Below, in pieces: positions 50,149 through 58,609 of a DNA stretch of 64,000 nucleotides. The translations under genes were made by a program, and so were the position numbers. The notes under the pieces were generated by a model. It was not told the origin of the DNA. It did no database searches and saw only the letters and a list, made by a program, of their open reading frames with translations. The stretch covers positions 42,169 through 106,168 of the forward strand of contig JBILLK010000036.1 in the NCBI GenBank assembly GCA_044376115.1. The letters are read 5' to 3'. Each line of letters opens with the position of its first letter. The first letter of the stretch is position 1. This stretch comes from Polyangiaceae bacterium (GTDB taxonomy: Bacteria > Myxococcota_A > Polyangia > Polyangiales > Polyangiaceae).

Positions 50149-51225
50149 CTAGATCTTCACTTCACGCAGTCGGATCTTGTTCACGTCGAAGGTGCCGAGC
50201 CCGAGTTCTCCGGCGGCGCGAATGTAGGAAGGTTCGCGGCCAGCGGCCTTGAGTGAGGGCAGGCCGTTCTCTTTGCGGTGGTGATCGATCACCTGCCAGC
50301 CGATCACGTCGAGCGCGACCGGATCCGTCGAGGCGTAGAGGCACTCATGCGGGATGCGTCGCTTGGGGTTTTTGTCCAGCGGGCCCTGATCGTAGATCAG
50401 CTTGAAGGCGTCGCTGATGTGCAGCCGCACGCGGCTCTTGACCACGTCTTGTGCGTAGAGCTGGGCGATCTGCGGGCTGGCGTTGTGCTCATGAAACACG
50501 TGCGGGTTGATGATCGTCCCGTGGGTGATGTTCTTCATCGCCCCGGTGAAGCCGCAGATGCTGTGGTCTTTGATCATGCACAGGTTGATCACGCAGGTGG
50601 CCTCGGTGAAGGCGCGCGCGTATTGCGTGGTGTAGCTACCGACTTTGATCTCCTCCATCACGGCGTCTTTGTTGTCGTGGATGGCGGTGCGCACGCCGGC
50701 GGGGAACTCCGGGTCCAACGTCTGCGCTTTGTCCACCACGCGCGTGCCGGTGAGGAATTTCTTGAACTGCTCGTAGATGATGATGTTCTGCGCGGGCACG
50801 CCAGCGGCGATCACCCCGTTGACCACCGCCAACACCAGCTCTTTGTTGGTGGCCATGGTGGCGCCTTGCTGCCCTGCGATGCCGTTCGGCTTGATCGCTA
50901 CGATGTCACGCGGATCAACGAACAGCTTGAAGGCCTCTCCCAAATCGGCCCGGCCGGTCAGCTCCTCCATCACCCGCTGCAACATCGACGTAGCGGCCTC
51001 TTGCTTCGGCCACAGACCGTTCTCGATCAGCGTGTTGGCCTTCTCGACCTTGACCACCTTGCCGGGGTTGGACCAGGGAATGAAGCCCGTGGGCCGCGCT
51101 GCCGAGAGATTCTCCCGGGCAAAAGCGCTGGTCTCAGCTTGCGTCAACCCAGCTACGGCAGCCCCAAGCGAGAGGGCCGCGGAGCCTGAAAGCCAGCCTC
51201 TACGGCCAATCGACTGTCGGTTCAT
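50149..51225 (-). CDS. DUF362 family protein with Tat signal
   Basis: IGRRGWL Tat motif; VAIKPN, KDHSICGFTGAMKN, STDPVALD. Confidence 0.88.
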   Translation of the reverse strand: MNRQSIGRRGWLSGSAALSLGAAVAGLTQAETSAFARENLSAARPTGFIPWSNPGKVVKVEKANTLIENGLWPKQEAATSMLQRVMEELTGRADLGEAFKLFVDPRDIVAIKPNGIAGQQGATMATNKELVLAVVNGVIAAGVPAQNIIIYEQFKKFLTGTRVVDKAQTLDPEFPAGVRTAIHDNKDAVMEEIKVGSYTTQYARAFTEATCVINLCMIKDHSICGFTGAMKNITHGTIINPHVFHEHNASPQIAQLYAQDVVKSRVRLHISDAFKLIYDQGPLDKNPKRRIPHECLYASTDPVALDVIGWQVIDHHRKENGLPSLKAAGREPSYIRAAGELGLGTFDVNKIRLREVKI

Positions 51226-51303
51226 GCGGAAAACAATGCTACACGACGGACCTCCCTGGGGCCACCCGCGCGCGCTCGGTTCCTTTGTACGGAGAGACCT
51301 CCC

Positions 51304-52692
51304 ATGACCGTTCGGCCCAATAAGACCTCCAAGCCCGCACCGGCCCCGCGCACTCGTACGCTGCGTCCACCCAAGCCGGTGGCTCCGATTGCGCCGGCGG
51401 TTCCGTTTGATCGGGCCTTCGAGTTCGTCTCCTTCGTCTCCCGCGCGATGCCGCTCACCACGCTGCTGGACGGCTTTCCGCAACGCGCGGCCAAGTTGCT
51501 GCGCGCCGAGGTGCTCAGCGTTTATCTGCTCGAGGGGCACGGCGACGGCCTGGTTCTGCGCGGCAACATCGGTTTTCGGCCCAACGCGCAAGGCACCATT
51601 CGTTTACGCGTCGGTGAAGGGCTCACCGGCCTCGCGGTGAAAGAGCTGCGGCCGATCCAGGCGGATCGCGCGTTTGGTCACAAAGAGTTTCGTCGCTTCG
51701 ATGAGCTCGATGAAGATCGCTTTCCGGTGTTCTTGGCGTTGCCGATCTTGGGCGCTGAAAAGAAGCCGCTGGGCGCATTGGTTGCGCAGCGGCGCACCGG
51801 CGCTTTCTCCGATGAGGAGGTGTTGCTCGCAGCCGCGCTTACTGCACCGGTGGCGCACGCCGTGCGTCAGGCAGCCTTGCTCGATGACCTGCGCGACAAG
51901 CAAGAACGTCGCACCGGCGGAGGGACGCGCAAGGTCACCTTGCCCGGCCGTCCGATCTTGCCAGGCCGTGCGATGGGAGCGATTGCTGCTTTGCGCAGAC
52001 CAGCGAAAGACCGCAAAACGCCGCCGCGACCGGATGAAGAAAAGATGGTCGTGGCAGCCTTCGACACCGTTGAAAAGGCTCTGCGCGCTCTGCAGCAGAA
52101 GGCCGTTTCGATGCACCTCGTCGGGCAAACCAGCTTCCTCGAGAGCTACGTTTTGATGGCCGGCGACGAGCGGCTGCGGGAACGGGCGATCGAGCTCATC
52201 CGCGAAGGCAAAGGCGCCTCCGAGGCACTCTCCACCGTGGCTCGCGAGGTCACGCGGGTGGCGCGCGGCATCGTGGGAGATCCGTTCTTGGAGGAGCGTT
52301 CACGCGATATCGAGGATCTCGTGGAGGCTGTACTGATGCACGCGGCGCATGATTCGCGTGGCATCGTTCCGGCCAAGGCGGTGCTGATCAGCGACCAGGT
52401 CACCGTGTTCGATCTGCTGGTGACCGCGCGCGCCCAGCTGCAGGCCATCGTGCTCACGCAGCCACTTTCACCGCGTACCGAGGTGCTCACGCGGCTCTTG
52501 GACGTGCCGGTGATCGCCGAGGTGGACGGCGCATTGAAGTGGGCCGCCCCCGGCGACGTCGCGCTGGTGGACGCCGATCACGGCTTTGTGATCCTCAATC
52601 CTTCGCGCGCCGAGGTGGCCTCGTTGCGTGCTTGGCGCAAACGGGCCGGACACGAGGCCGATGAAGCGGTACCGACTTTGCGTACGACGTGA
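51304..52692 (+). CDS. GAF domain + PTS enzyme I N-terminal-like protein (PtsP-like, truncated)
   Basis: GAF with GEGLTGL; EI helical domain DPFLEERSRDIEDL; swivel domain ending VDADHGFVILNP; no PEP-binding TIM barrel. Confidence 0.82.
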   Translation: MTVRPNKTSKPAPAPRTRTLRPPKPVAPIAPAVPFDRAFEFVSFVSRAMPLTTLLDGFPQRAAKLLRAEVLSVYLLEGHGDGLVLRGNIGFRPNAQGTIRLRVGEGLTGLAVKELRPIQADRAFGHKEFRRFDELDEDRFPVFLALPILGAEKKPLGALVAQRRTGAFSDEEVLLAAALTAPVAHAVRQAALLDDLRDKQERRTGGGTRKVTLPGRPILPGRAMGAIAALRRPAKDRKTPPRPDEEKMVVAAFDTVEKALRALQQKAVSMHLVGQTSFLESYVLMAGDERLRERAIELIREGKGASEALSTVAREVTRVARGIVGDPFLEERSRDIEDLVEAVLMHAAHDSRGIVPAKAVLISDQVTVFDLLVTARAQLQAIVLTQPLSPRTEVLTRLLDVPVIAEVDGALKWAAPGDVALVDADHGFVILNPSRAEVASLRAWRKRAGHEADEAVPTLRTT

Positions 52693-52712
52693 ACATGGGC
52701 TAAGCGAAGGCC

Positions 52713-53081
52713 ATGTCTGCACGCGAATACGAGCTCGTTCACACAGTGCGCTTCGAGTCGGCCCGGCGTCTGCCGCGCACTCCCGCTGACCACCCTTGTC
52801 ACAACGTGTACGGGCTGGCCTTCTACCTCGATATCCACGTCACCGGCACGCTAGACGGAGCCACAGGCTGGGTGTTCGACTTCGCCGAGATCGAGAAGGC
52901 GATGAAGCCGCTCTGGCTGCAGATCGACCATCACTACCTCAATGACGTAGCCGGTCTGGAGAACCCCACGAGCGAGGTGCTGGTGACCTGGATTTGGGAC
53001 AACCTCAAGCCCAAGTTGCCCGGCCTCAAGCAGCTGGTGCTCAAAGAGAATGACGTCTCGCGCGTGATCTTCCGAGGCTGA
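52713..53081 (+). CDS. queD: QueD/PTPS homolog lacking the zinc-binding histidines
   Basis: TGWVFDFAE, DHHYLND..GLENPTSEVL..WIWD..KP closely match QueD; motifs read ARRLP and CHNVYGL. Confidence 0.8.
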   Translation: MSAREYELVHTVRFESARRLPRTPADHPCHNVYGLAFYLDIHVTGTLDGATGWVFDFAEIEKAMKPLWLQIDHHYLNDVAGLENPTSEVLVTWIWDNLKPKLPGLKQLVLKENDVSRVIFRG

Positions 53082-53084
53082 TCG

Positions 53085-53618
53085 ATGTACCGCGCTTCCG
53101 CCTCCATCCACATTCACTTTGCGCATCACGTGCGCGGTCATTCCGGGCCGTGCATTTCGCTCCACGGTCACACCTGGAAGTTCGAGGTCGTGCTCGAGGC
53201 CAAGACGCTCAGCGCCGAGGGCTTCGTCGTCGATTTCGATCTCGTGCACTCCGATGTCTTGGTGCCCGCCTTCAATCTGCTCGATCACAGCTTGGCCATC
53301 GGGCAGGCCACCTGGGCCGACACCGAGAAGCTGCTCGAACCGCTCGGCGAGGTGCTGGTGAAGTCACGGCAGGAGACGCTCGGTCACTGCGGTGAGCGGC
53401 AACCCGGCCTTTCGGGCGAGCTCGCCGGCGCCGGCAATCGTTATCCCGGCGGCATCAAGATCGCCCTGTTCCCGTTTACGCCCACCAGTGAACGGTTGGC
53501 CTCCTGGCTCTTGGAGGTCGCTGCAGCGCGCTTCAACGACGAGCGCGTGCGCGTGGTTACCGGCCGCATCTTTGAAACGTTGCACCCGGCCGAGACCATC
53601 GCCGAGTATTGGGCGTAG
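53085..53618 (+). CDS. queD: QueD-like 6-carboxytetrahydropterin synthase with insertion
   Basis: FAHH, CISLHGHTW, VVDF, LDH, PTSERLA, FET. Confidence 0.82.
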   Translation: MYRASASIHIHFAHHVRGHSGPCISLHGHTWKFEVVLEAKTLSAEGFVVDFDLVHSDVLVPAFNLLDHSLAIGQATWADTEKLLEPLGEVLVKSRQETLGHCGERQPGLSGELAGAGNRYPGGIKIALFPFTPTSERLASWLLEVAAARFNDERVRVVTGRIFETLHPAETIAEYWA

Positions 53619-53689
53619 ACTCGGGGCCCAGCAGGCGCGGCCAACATGCCGGGAACTTCTTCCCTGGCCAGGTGTCTGCTTGCTCCCCC

Positions 53690-55492
53690 ATGCCCTTCCC
53701 CGATCTGCTGCACCCTGAGCCTCAGCGTCGCCTGCCCGCAGATCTCGTGCGGCAGATCGTTGCATTCGCTTTTGCGGTGGGGGACGGCGCCGAGCAGCTG
53801 CAAGAGGCCTTCACCCGCGCCACGGTGGCCGCGTCGAGCTTTGACCCGTCGCAGTTCGCCGCGGATCTCTTCATCGAGAGCTTGGTGCGGCAGAGCTTCC
53901 CGATCGAGATCGCCGGCGTCGCCTGGGAGCCGTGTGTGGCGCATCTCGCTCAGTTGGTAGCCCACCCACCCAGCGACCCGAAGATCACAGCCTTTCGGCG
54001 CGAGGTGCTGCGCGAGCTGCTTTCGCGCCCTGATTTGCGTGTGAGCTTGGAGCGTTCGTACGTGCAGCTGCGCGAACTTTCGGCAGCGCTGACGCGTACG
54101 GTGGAGGGCTCCTACCCCGAGCAACAACAACATCGGATTGAGGTGCTGCGGGCGCTGCTCAGCGCACTTTCGACGCTCGGTCAGGGCTGCGAGTCGGCCG
54201 AGAGCGGCCTAGCGAAGCTTTCGCAATACGGTGAAGGATTGCGCGCCGGCAGCGCCTTTGCGCAGCTCTCGGCGCTGCTCGCCTACGAGGAGAGCGCCGC
54301 CTCGGTGCAGGTGGATTTGCGCGTTGGGGCCGACGGCAGTGTGCGCGGCTTCGAGCTAATGAAGATCGCCGAGGCGAAGGGCAGCGCGTTCCATCGCGGG
54401 GTGTGGTCGCGCTTCGTTTCACGCGTGGTGTTGTTCTTCCGCGGCTATCGTTTTGGCGAGCTGGAAGTGATGGCGCGCCTGCTCGACGAGGTGTTCGAGC
54501 CGTTCGAGAAGGAGCTGGTGACGCTGTTTCAGCTGATGCTCGATCTGGAGGTCTATCTCGGTGCGCTGGGCCTCCAGGATCGAGCGCTCACACGTGGTCT
54601 CTCGGTTTGTTTGCCCGAGTTCACCGGCGCTGCGCAGTCCGCCGATCATCCGCGCGAGCTGCTCGGTTTGTGGAACCCGTTGCTCCTGGCCGATCGCGGG
54701 CGGCCCAAGCCGAGCGATATTCGCAGCCGCCGACTGGACGCGATGGTGCTGGTGACCGGGCCCAACTCAGGCGGCAAAACACGCTTGTTGCAGTCGCTGG
54801 CGTTCGCGCAGTTGCTCGGTCAAATGGGGCTGTTCGTCCCGGCGGCGAGCGCGCGTTTGGCCTGGACGGAGGGGCTTTTCGTCTCGCTGCATCACGAGGT
54901 TTCGGCGTCGCAAAAGGAAGGGCGCTTGGGCACCGAGCTGATGCGCATCCGGGCGCTGTTCGAGGAGGTCTCGAGCGGGGACCTTGTGATCTTCGATGAG
55001 CTTTGTTCGGGGACGAATCCGTCGGAGGCCGAGGCGATCATTCGTTTGGTGCTGGACCTCCTGAGCGAGCTGAGCCCGCAGCTGTTCGTGACGACGCACT
55101 TTTTGGATTTTGCGCGGGCGTTGCAAAAAGAGGAGCCGTGGCCGTCGCTGGAGTTTTTGCAGGCCGCACTGGATGAGCGCAAGAGGCCGACCTTCGCCTT
55201 CGTCGAGGGCGTCGCCGATACGGCACTCGCCGCTGAAACCGCCGCGCGTTTGGGCGTGACGTTGGAAGAGCTGGCGCGCGCTGTGGCTCGTCGCAAGACG
55301 AAGGGGGAGGCTCCTGAAGTTGGCGCACTCGGCGGCCCGGTGTGGTCGCCCCCGAGCGAGGCCGCAGACGCGGTGAGGGGCGCTCGGGAGGAGGCTCTCC
55401 GCGCGGCGCCGAAGTCGATTCGCGTTGAGGGCGCTCGGGAGGAGGCTCTCCGCGCGGCGCCTACGTCGAAACAGGTCGCTCGGCGCGAGTAG
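53690..55492 (+). CDS. MutS domain V-type ATPase (MutS-like, no mismatch-binding domain recognised)
   Basis: VTGPNSGGKT, AQLLGQMGLFVPA, GRLGTELMRI, FDELCSGTNPSEA, VTTHF. Confidence 0.88.
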   Translation: MPFPDLLHPEPQRRLPADLVRQIVAFAFAVGDGAEQLQEAFTRATVAASSFDPSQFAADLFIESLVRQSFPIEIAGVAWEPCVAHLAQLVAHPPSDPKITAFRREVLRELLSRPDLRVSLERSYVQLRELSAALTRTVEGSYPEQQQHRIEVLRALLSALSTLGQGCESAESGLAKLSQYGEGLRAGSAFAQLSALLAYEESAASVQVDLRVGADGSVRGFELMKIAEAKGSAFHRGVWSRFVSRVVLFFRGYRFGELEVMARLLDEVFEPFEKELVTLFQLMLDLEVYLGALGLQDRALTRGLSVCLPEFTGAAQSADHPRELLGLWNPLLLADRGRPKPSDIRSRRLDAMVLVTGPNSGGKTRLLQSLAFAQLLGQMGLFVPAASARLAWTEGLFVSLHHEVSASQKEGRLGTELMRIRALFEEVSSGDLVIFDELCSGTNPSEAEAIIRLVLDLLSELSPQLFVTTHFLDFARALQKEEPWPSLEFLQAALDERKRPTFAFVEGVADTALAAETAARLGVTLEELARAVARRKTKGEAPEVGALGGPVWSPPSEAADAVRGAREEALRAAPKSIRVEGAREEALRAAPTSKQVARRE

Positions 55493-55774
55493 GCTCTCGT
55501 TGCTTGCCCCACGCTGGCGTGGGGGCCCGCGCACGAGAGAGCTAAGGATTTAATACTGGCGCCGCGCTTCGCTCAGACGCGTGGGGGCGCTCGGGAGGAG
55601 GCTCTCCGCGCGGCGCCTGCGTCGAAACAGGTCGCTCAGCGCGAGTAGGCTCTCGTTGCTTGCCCCACGCTGGCGTGGGGGCCCGCGCAACGCGAGAGCT
55701 AAAGGTTTTATACTGGCGCCGCGCTTCGCTCAGCTGGTCGACTTCGGCGCCGCGCGGAGAGCCTCCTCCCGAGC
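55378..55774. repeat. REP/MITE-like mosaic: 33-bp unit x3, 156-bp tandem duplication, 37-bp terminal inverted repeats
   Basis: gggcgctcgggaggaggctctccgcgcggcgcc at 55378, 55429, 55585; inverted copy 55738-55774 matches 55382-55418; hairpin ccccacgc-tg-gcgtgggg occurs twice. Confidence 0.85.
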
Positions 55775-55835
55775 TTGGGTCGCGGGGTGGGAGAGGCAGA
55801 GGGAGAGGAGAAGCGGCGGCGCCGACGGTGCTCGG

Positions 55836-56038
55836 TGCGACATTCGGCGGGGCGATGGTTTATCGCGCGGCCCAATGTCGCAGTCTCCGCTCGATGTGCA
55901 GCGCTAGGTACGAGCTTGCCTCGATTCTTCGAGGGAATCGCATGGGGCCGCCGTCGTCGTCGGCGAGGCACCCGCCGCAACCGGTTCTCGATGCGACATT
56001 CGGCGGGGCGATGGTTTATCGCACGCCCCAATGTCGCA
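55836..56038. repeat. Two copies of a 47-bp palindromic element
   Basis: TGCGACATTCGGCGGGGCGATGGTTTATCGC...AATGTCGCA at 55836-55882 and 55992-56038. Confidence 0.85.
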
Positions 56039-56118
56039 TCCGCGCGTGTGTGTGCCGGCTGGGTGAGCTCGGAAGCCTCACTTGGGCTTCACCTCGCGCG
56101 TGTGGACGGTTTGATCTG

Positions 56119-56159
56119 GCTGCTCAGTTTTCTCGGGTGTGGGCGTACGATTTCGGCGC
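56119..56159. repeat. 41-bp direct repeat, left copy
   Basis: gctgctcagttttctcgggtgtgggcgtacgatttcggcgc, identical to 62728-62768. Confidence 0.9.
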
Positions 56160-56178
56160 GTGCTTCCAACCACTGGCT

Positions 56179-56676
56179 CTATCGAGCCGGCTTCTTGTGG
56201 CCGAACGGCGTGAGGTCGACGATCAGGCCGAGGGCTTGGGTCTCGTCGGGGTTTGGCTCGAGTGCCGCGGAGCGCCGCGGCAAAGGCAGCTCGGGTCGTG
56301 GGCTGAACCTCCCCTCGACGAAAGGGAGCACGGGGCCGAGTGCGGGTACCGCACCAAAGGCCGTCTCGTCGGGGTTCCCCGTATCGGTAGGTGGGCAGGC
56401 CAGGCTCGTGCCGGACTCGGAGAGGCCGCGCTCGCCGGCAGAGGTCGCGCTCGGGACGCCGCGCTCCGCCCGATAGAGGCGACTGAACTCCCGCCTGACG
56501 TTCGGATCTCGGGCGAGGACTGCGGTCCATTGTCGGGCCGCGCGGTCGAATGCTTCGGCGTCGAGGCCGAGGCTGCGCAGCGCCTCGTCCGGCACCGCAA
56601 ACGGCTCGGCCAGCCGCGCGACCGCGCGGACGTACTCCACGAGCGAGAGCGTCACGTTGGGTGCTCCTGATATCAT
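56179..56676 (-). CDS. Hypothetical protein with vgrG-associated helical domain
   Basis: LSLVEYVRAVARL...LGLD...W..VLARDP; ATGA-coupled to vWA gene. Confidence 0.72.
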   Translation of the reverse strand: MISGAPNVTLSLVEYVRAVARLAEPFAVPDEALRSLGLDAEAFDRAARQWTAVLARDPNVRREFSRLYRAERGVPSATSAGERGLSESGTSLACPPTDTGNPDETAFGAVPALGPVLPFVEGRFSPRPELPLPRRSAALEPNPDETQALGLIVDLTPFGHKKPAR

Positions 56677-58520
56677 CGTGGCTCTGGCAAGCTCGGGCGC
56701 TCGGTCGATGGGCGCCACGAGGTTTCGCGGCGCCCGTTTTCTATAACGACATTCCAGAGCCAATCGGGGTCTGTCGAGGCTGCAGGCGGCGTTTCCCGTT
56801 GCTGGGGCTTGCTTCTTCCTGGGCCCTTGGCGCCTTTCGCCACCTCCAAGCGCTGGGCCGCGCGGCGGACGAGTGAGACGAACTCTTGTCGAGATCCGCC
56901 TGCGTCGTCGCCGAGAGCATCTTCGGCCCAACGCGCTACCTCGTTGAAGGTCACGCCCTGTCCGGACGGCGACCCTCGCAGCAGCAGGGAAAACGCTGCC
57001 ACGCTCGCGGCGAAGCGAAAGTCGGTCGACGCCTCTTGGAAGCGCAGATCGGACCCACCGATCGAGGCCTCTATCGCTCGGCTCTCAGTCCCGTCGGGGT
57101 CTTTGTAGCGGAGGGCGATGGTGCCAAAGATCACATCATCGTTCGACCGCTTGGACGGTTGGATCTCGTAGAGGGCGGTGACGGTGTGCCCCGCGCCGAG
57201 ATCGCCTGCGTCTTTCGCGTCGTCGACGAAGTCTTCCTCGGCGAGCGCGCGGTTCTCGTAGCCCAAGAGCCGATAGGACGAGACGAATGCGGGATCCCAG
57301 TGCACCTGGAGCTTCACGTCCTTCGCGATCGTCTGCAAGGTCGAGCCGAGCTCTTCGACGAGCACCCGGCGCGCCTCGGAGGCGCCGTCGATGAACGCGT
57401 AGTGGCCGTTGCCCTTGTCGGCGAGGGCCTCCATGCGTTTGTCGTTCGGGTTGAACGAGCCGAAACCGAGAACGGTGAGAAAGATCCCCGTCTTCGCCTT
57501 GCGGCCGATGAGGGACTTGAGTTCTTCGAGCTGAGTCGCTCCGACGTTAAAGTCGCCGTCGGTCGCGAGCACCACGCGGTTGATTCCGCCTTCGATCCAG
57601 GACTCTGCCGCGACCTCGTAGCCCCGCTGGATCCCGAGCGCCCCGTTCGTCGCACCACCCGCTTCGAAGGAGTCGAGGGCGTTGATGATCTTGGCGCGCT
57701 GGTTGCCGGGAGTCGACGGTAAGACGACGCCCGCGCGCCCCGCGTATGCAACGATCGCGACGCGGTCCTTCTCACCGAGCTTTTCGACGAGTTCGGCAAA
57801 ACCGTCTTTCAGCAGGCCGAACTTCTTGGACCCTGCCATCGAGCCCGAAGCATCGATCAGCAGCACGAGGTTCGCGGGCGGTCGGCTGGCCGCTTCGACC
57901 TCCCGGCCCTTGATCCCGATGCGGACGAGGCGCCGCTCGGCGTCCCAGGGCGCACGCGCCGCGTCGACGAGGAAGCCAAAGGCCGCGTCCTTCGGAGCAG
58001 GGTACGAGTAGCGGAAGTAGTTCAGCAGCTCTTCGGTCCGGACCTCCTTGGGAGAGGGAAGAACGCCTGCCACCAAGGAGGCCCGGATGCGGGTGTAGCT
58101 GGCGGTGTCGACGTCGATGCCGAAGGTCGAGGAAGGATAGGAGACGGTGTCGACGAAGGGATCGCGCGGAGGCGGTGGTTGAGGCGGTAGTTGAGTTGGT
58201 GGTTGAGGCGCCCGGGACCCTGTAGGAATCTCCGGCGGCAAGGAACCGGACGGGGACGGACTAGCCGTCGGAAAGGAGTCCGGCTGCGGTTGGCTAGGTT
58301 GACCTGGTCGGCTAGGTCGACCGGGTCGGGGAGCCCGCGCCCCGCTTTGGGCGGCCGTCGGCAACGGGCTCGGTGCAGCCGTCGACAGGCTCGCCGCCGA
58401 CGCCGAGTCCGTGGGGCTTGGCAACACCTCTGCCTCGTGGGGCGGATCGTTGCAGGCTGCTTGGAAGAATAGGATCGCCATCCAGCCCGCGACCCACCGC
58501 TGCAACTCGCTTCTTCTCAT
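56673..58520 (-). CDS. YfbK-type vWA domain lipoprotein (vWF_A + DUF3520)
   Basis: STFGIDVDTASY, VRTEELLNYF, LIDASGSM (MIDAS), LATDGDFNVG, TIAKDVKLQV, YRLLGYENR; GGAGG RBS. Confidence 0.92.
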   Translation of the reverse strand: MRRSELQRWVAGWMAILFFQAACNDPPHEAEVLPSPTDSASAASLSTAAPSPLPTAAQSGARAPRPGRPSRPGQPSQPQPDSFPTASPSPSGSLPPEIPTGSRAPQPPTQLPPQPPPPRDPFVDTVSYPSSTFGIDVDTASYTRIRASLVAGVLPSPKEVRTEELLNYFRYSYPAPKDAAFGFLVDAARAPWDAERRLVRIGIKGREVEAASRPPANLVLLIDASGSMAGSKKFGLLKDGFAELVEKLGEKDRVAIVAYAGRAGVVLPSTPGNQRAKIINALDSFEAGGATNGALGIQRGYEVAAESWIEGGINRVVLATDGDFNVGATQLEELKSLIGRKAKTGIFLTVLGFGSFNPNDKRMEALADKGNGHYAFIDGASEARRVLVEELGSTLQTIAKDVKLQVHWDPAFVSSYRLLGYENRALAEEDFVDDAKDAGDLGAGHTVTALYEIQPSKRSNDDVIFGTIALRYKDPDGTESRAIEASIGGSDLRFQEASTDFRFAASVAAFSLLLRGSPSGQGVTFNEVARWAEDALGDDAGGSRQEFVSLVRRAAQRLEVAKGAKGPGRSKPQQRETPPAASTDPDWLWNVVIENGRRETSWRPSTERPSLPEPR

Positions 58521-58609
58521 CGTGTTCTCCTCCCGCCTACATGCACTCGACGTTTGCCGAGCGCTCACGATTCGCCCTGCGCCCGTGCCAACGTGCGCCG
58601 GGACCGGGC

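Noticed and set aside
51226..51591. N-terminal extension of the DUF362 ORF
   Set aside because: Overlaps the divergent GAF gene; the Tat signal indicates a start at 51225
55378..56038. CRISPR array
   Set aside because: Too few copies, irregular spacing, duplicated rather than unique spacers, mixed orientation, and no cas genes
56119..56159. tRNA 3' end or dif site as the att core
   Set aside because: No T-arm/CCA pattern and no resemblance to the XerC/D dif consensus
55660..56670. 336-aa + strand ORF across the repeat region
   Set aside because: Translation of non-coding repeats and the antisense of 56179-56676; no protein-like features
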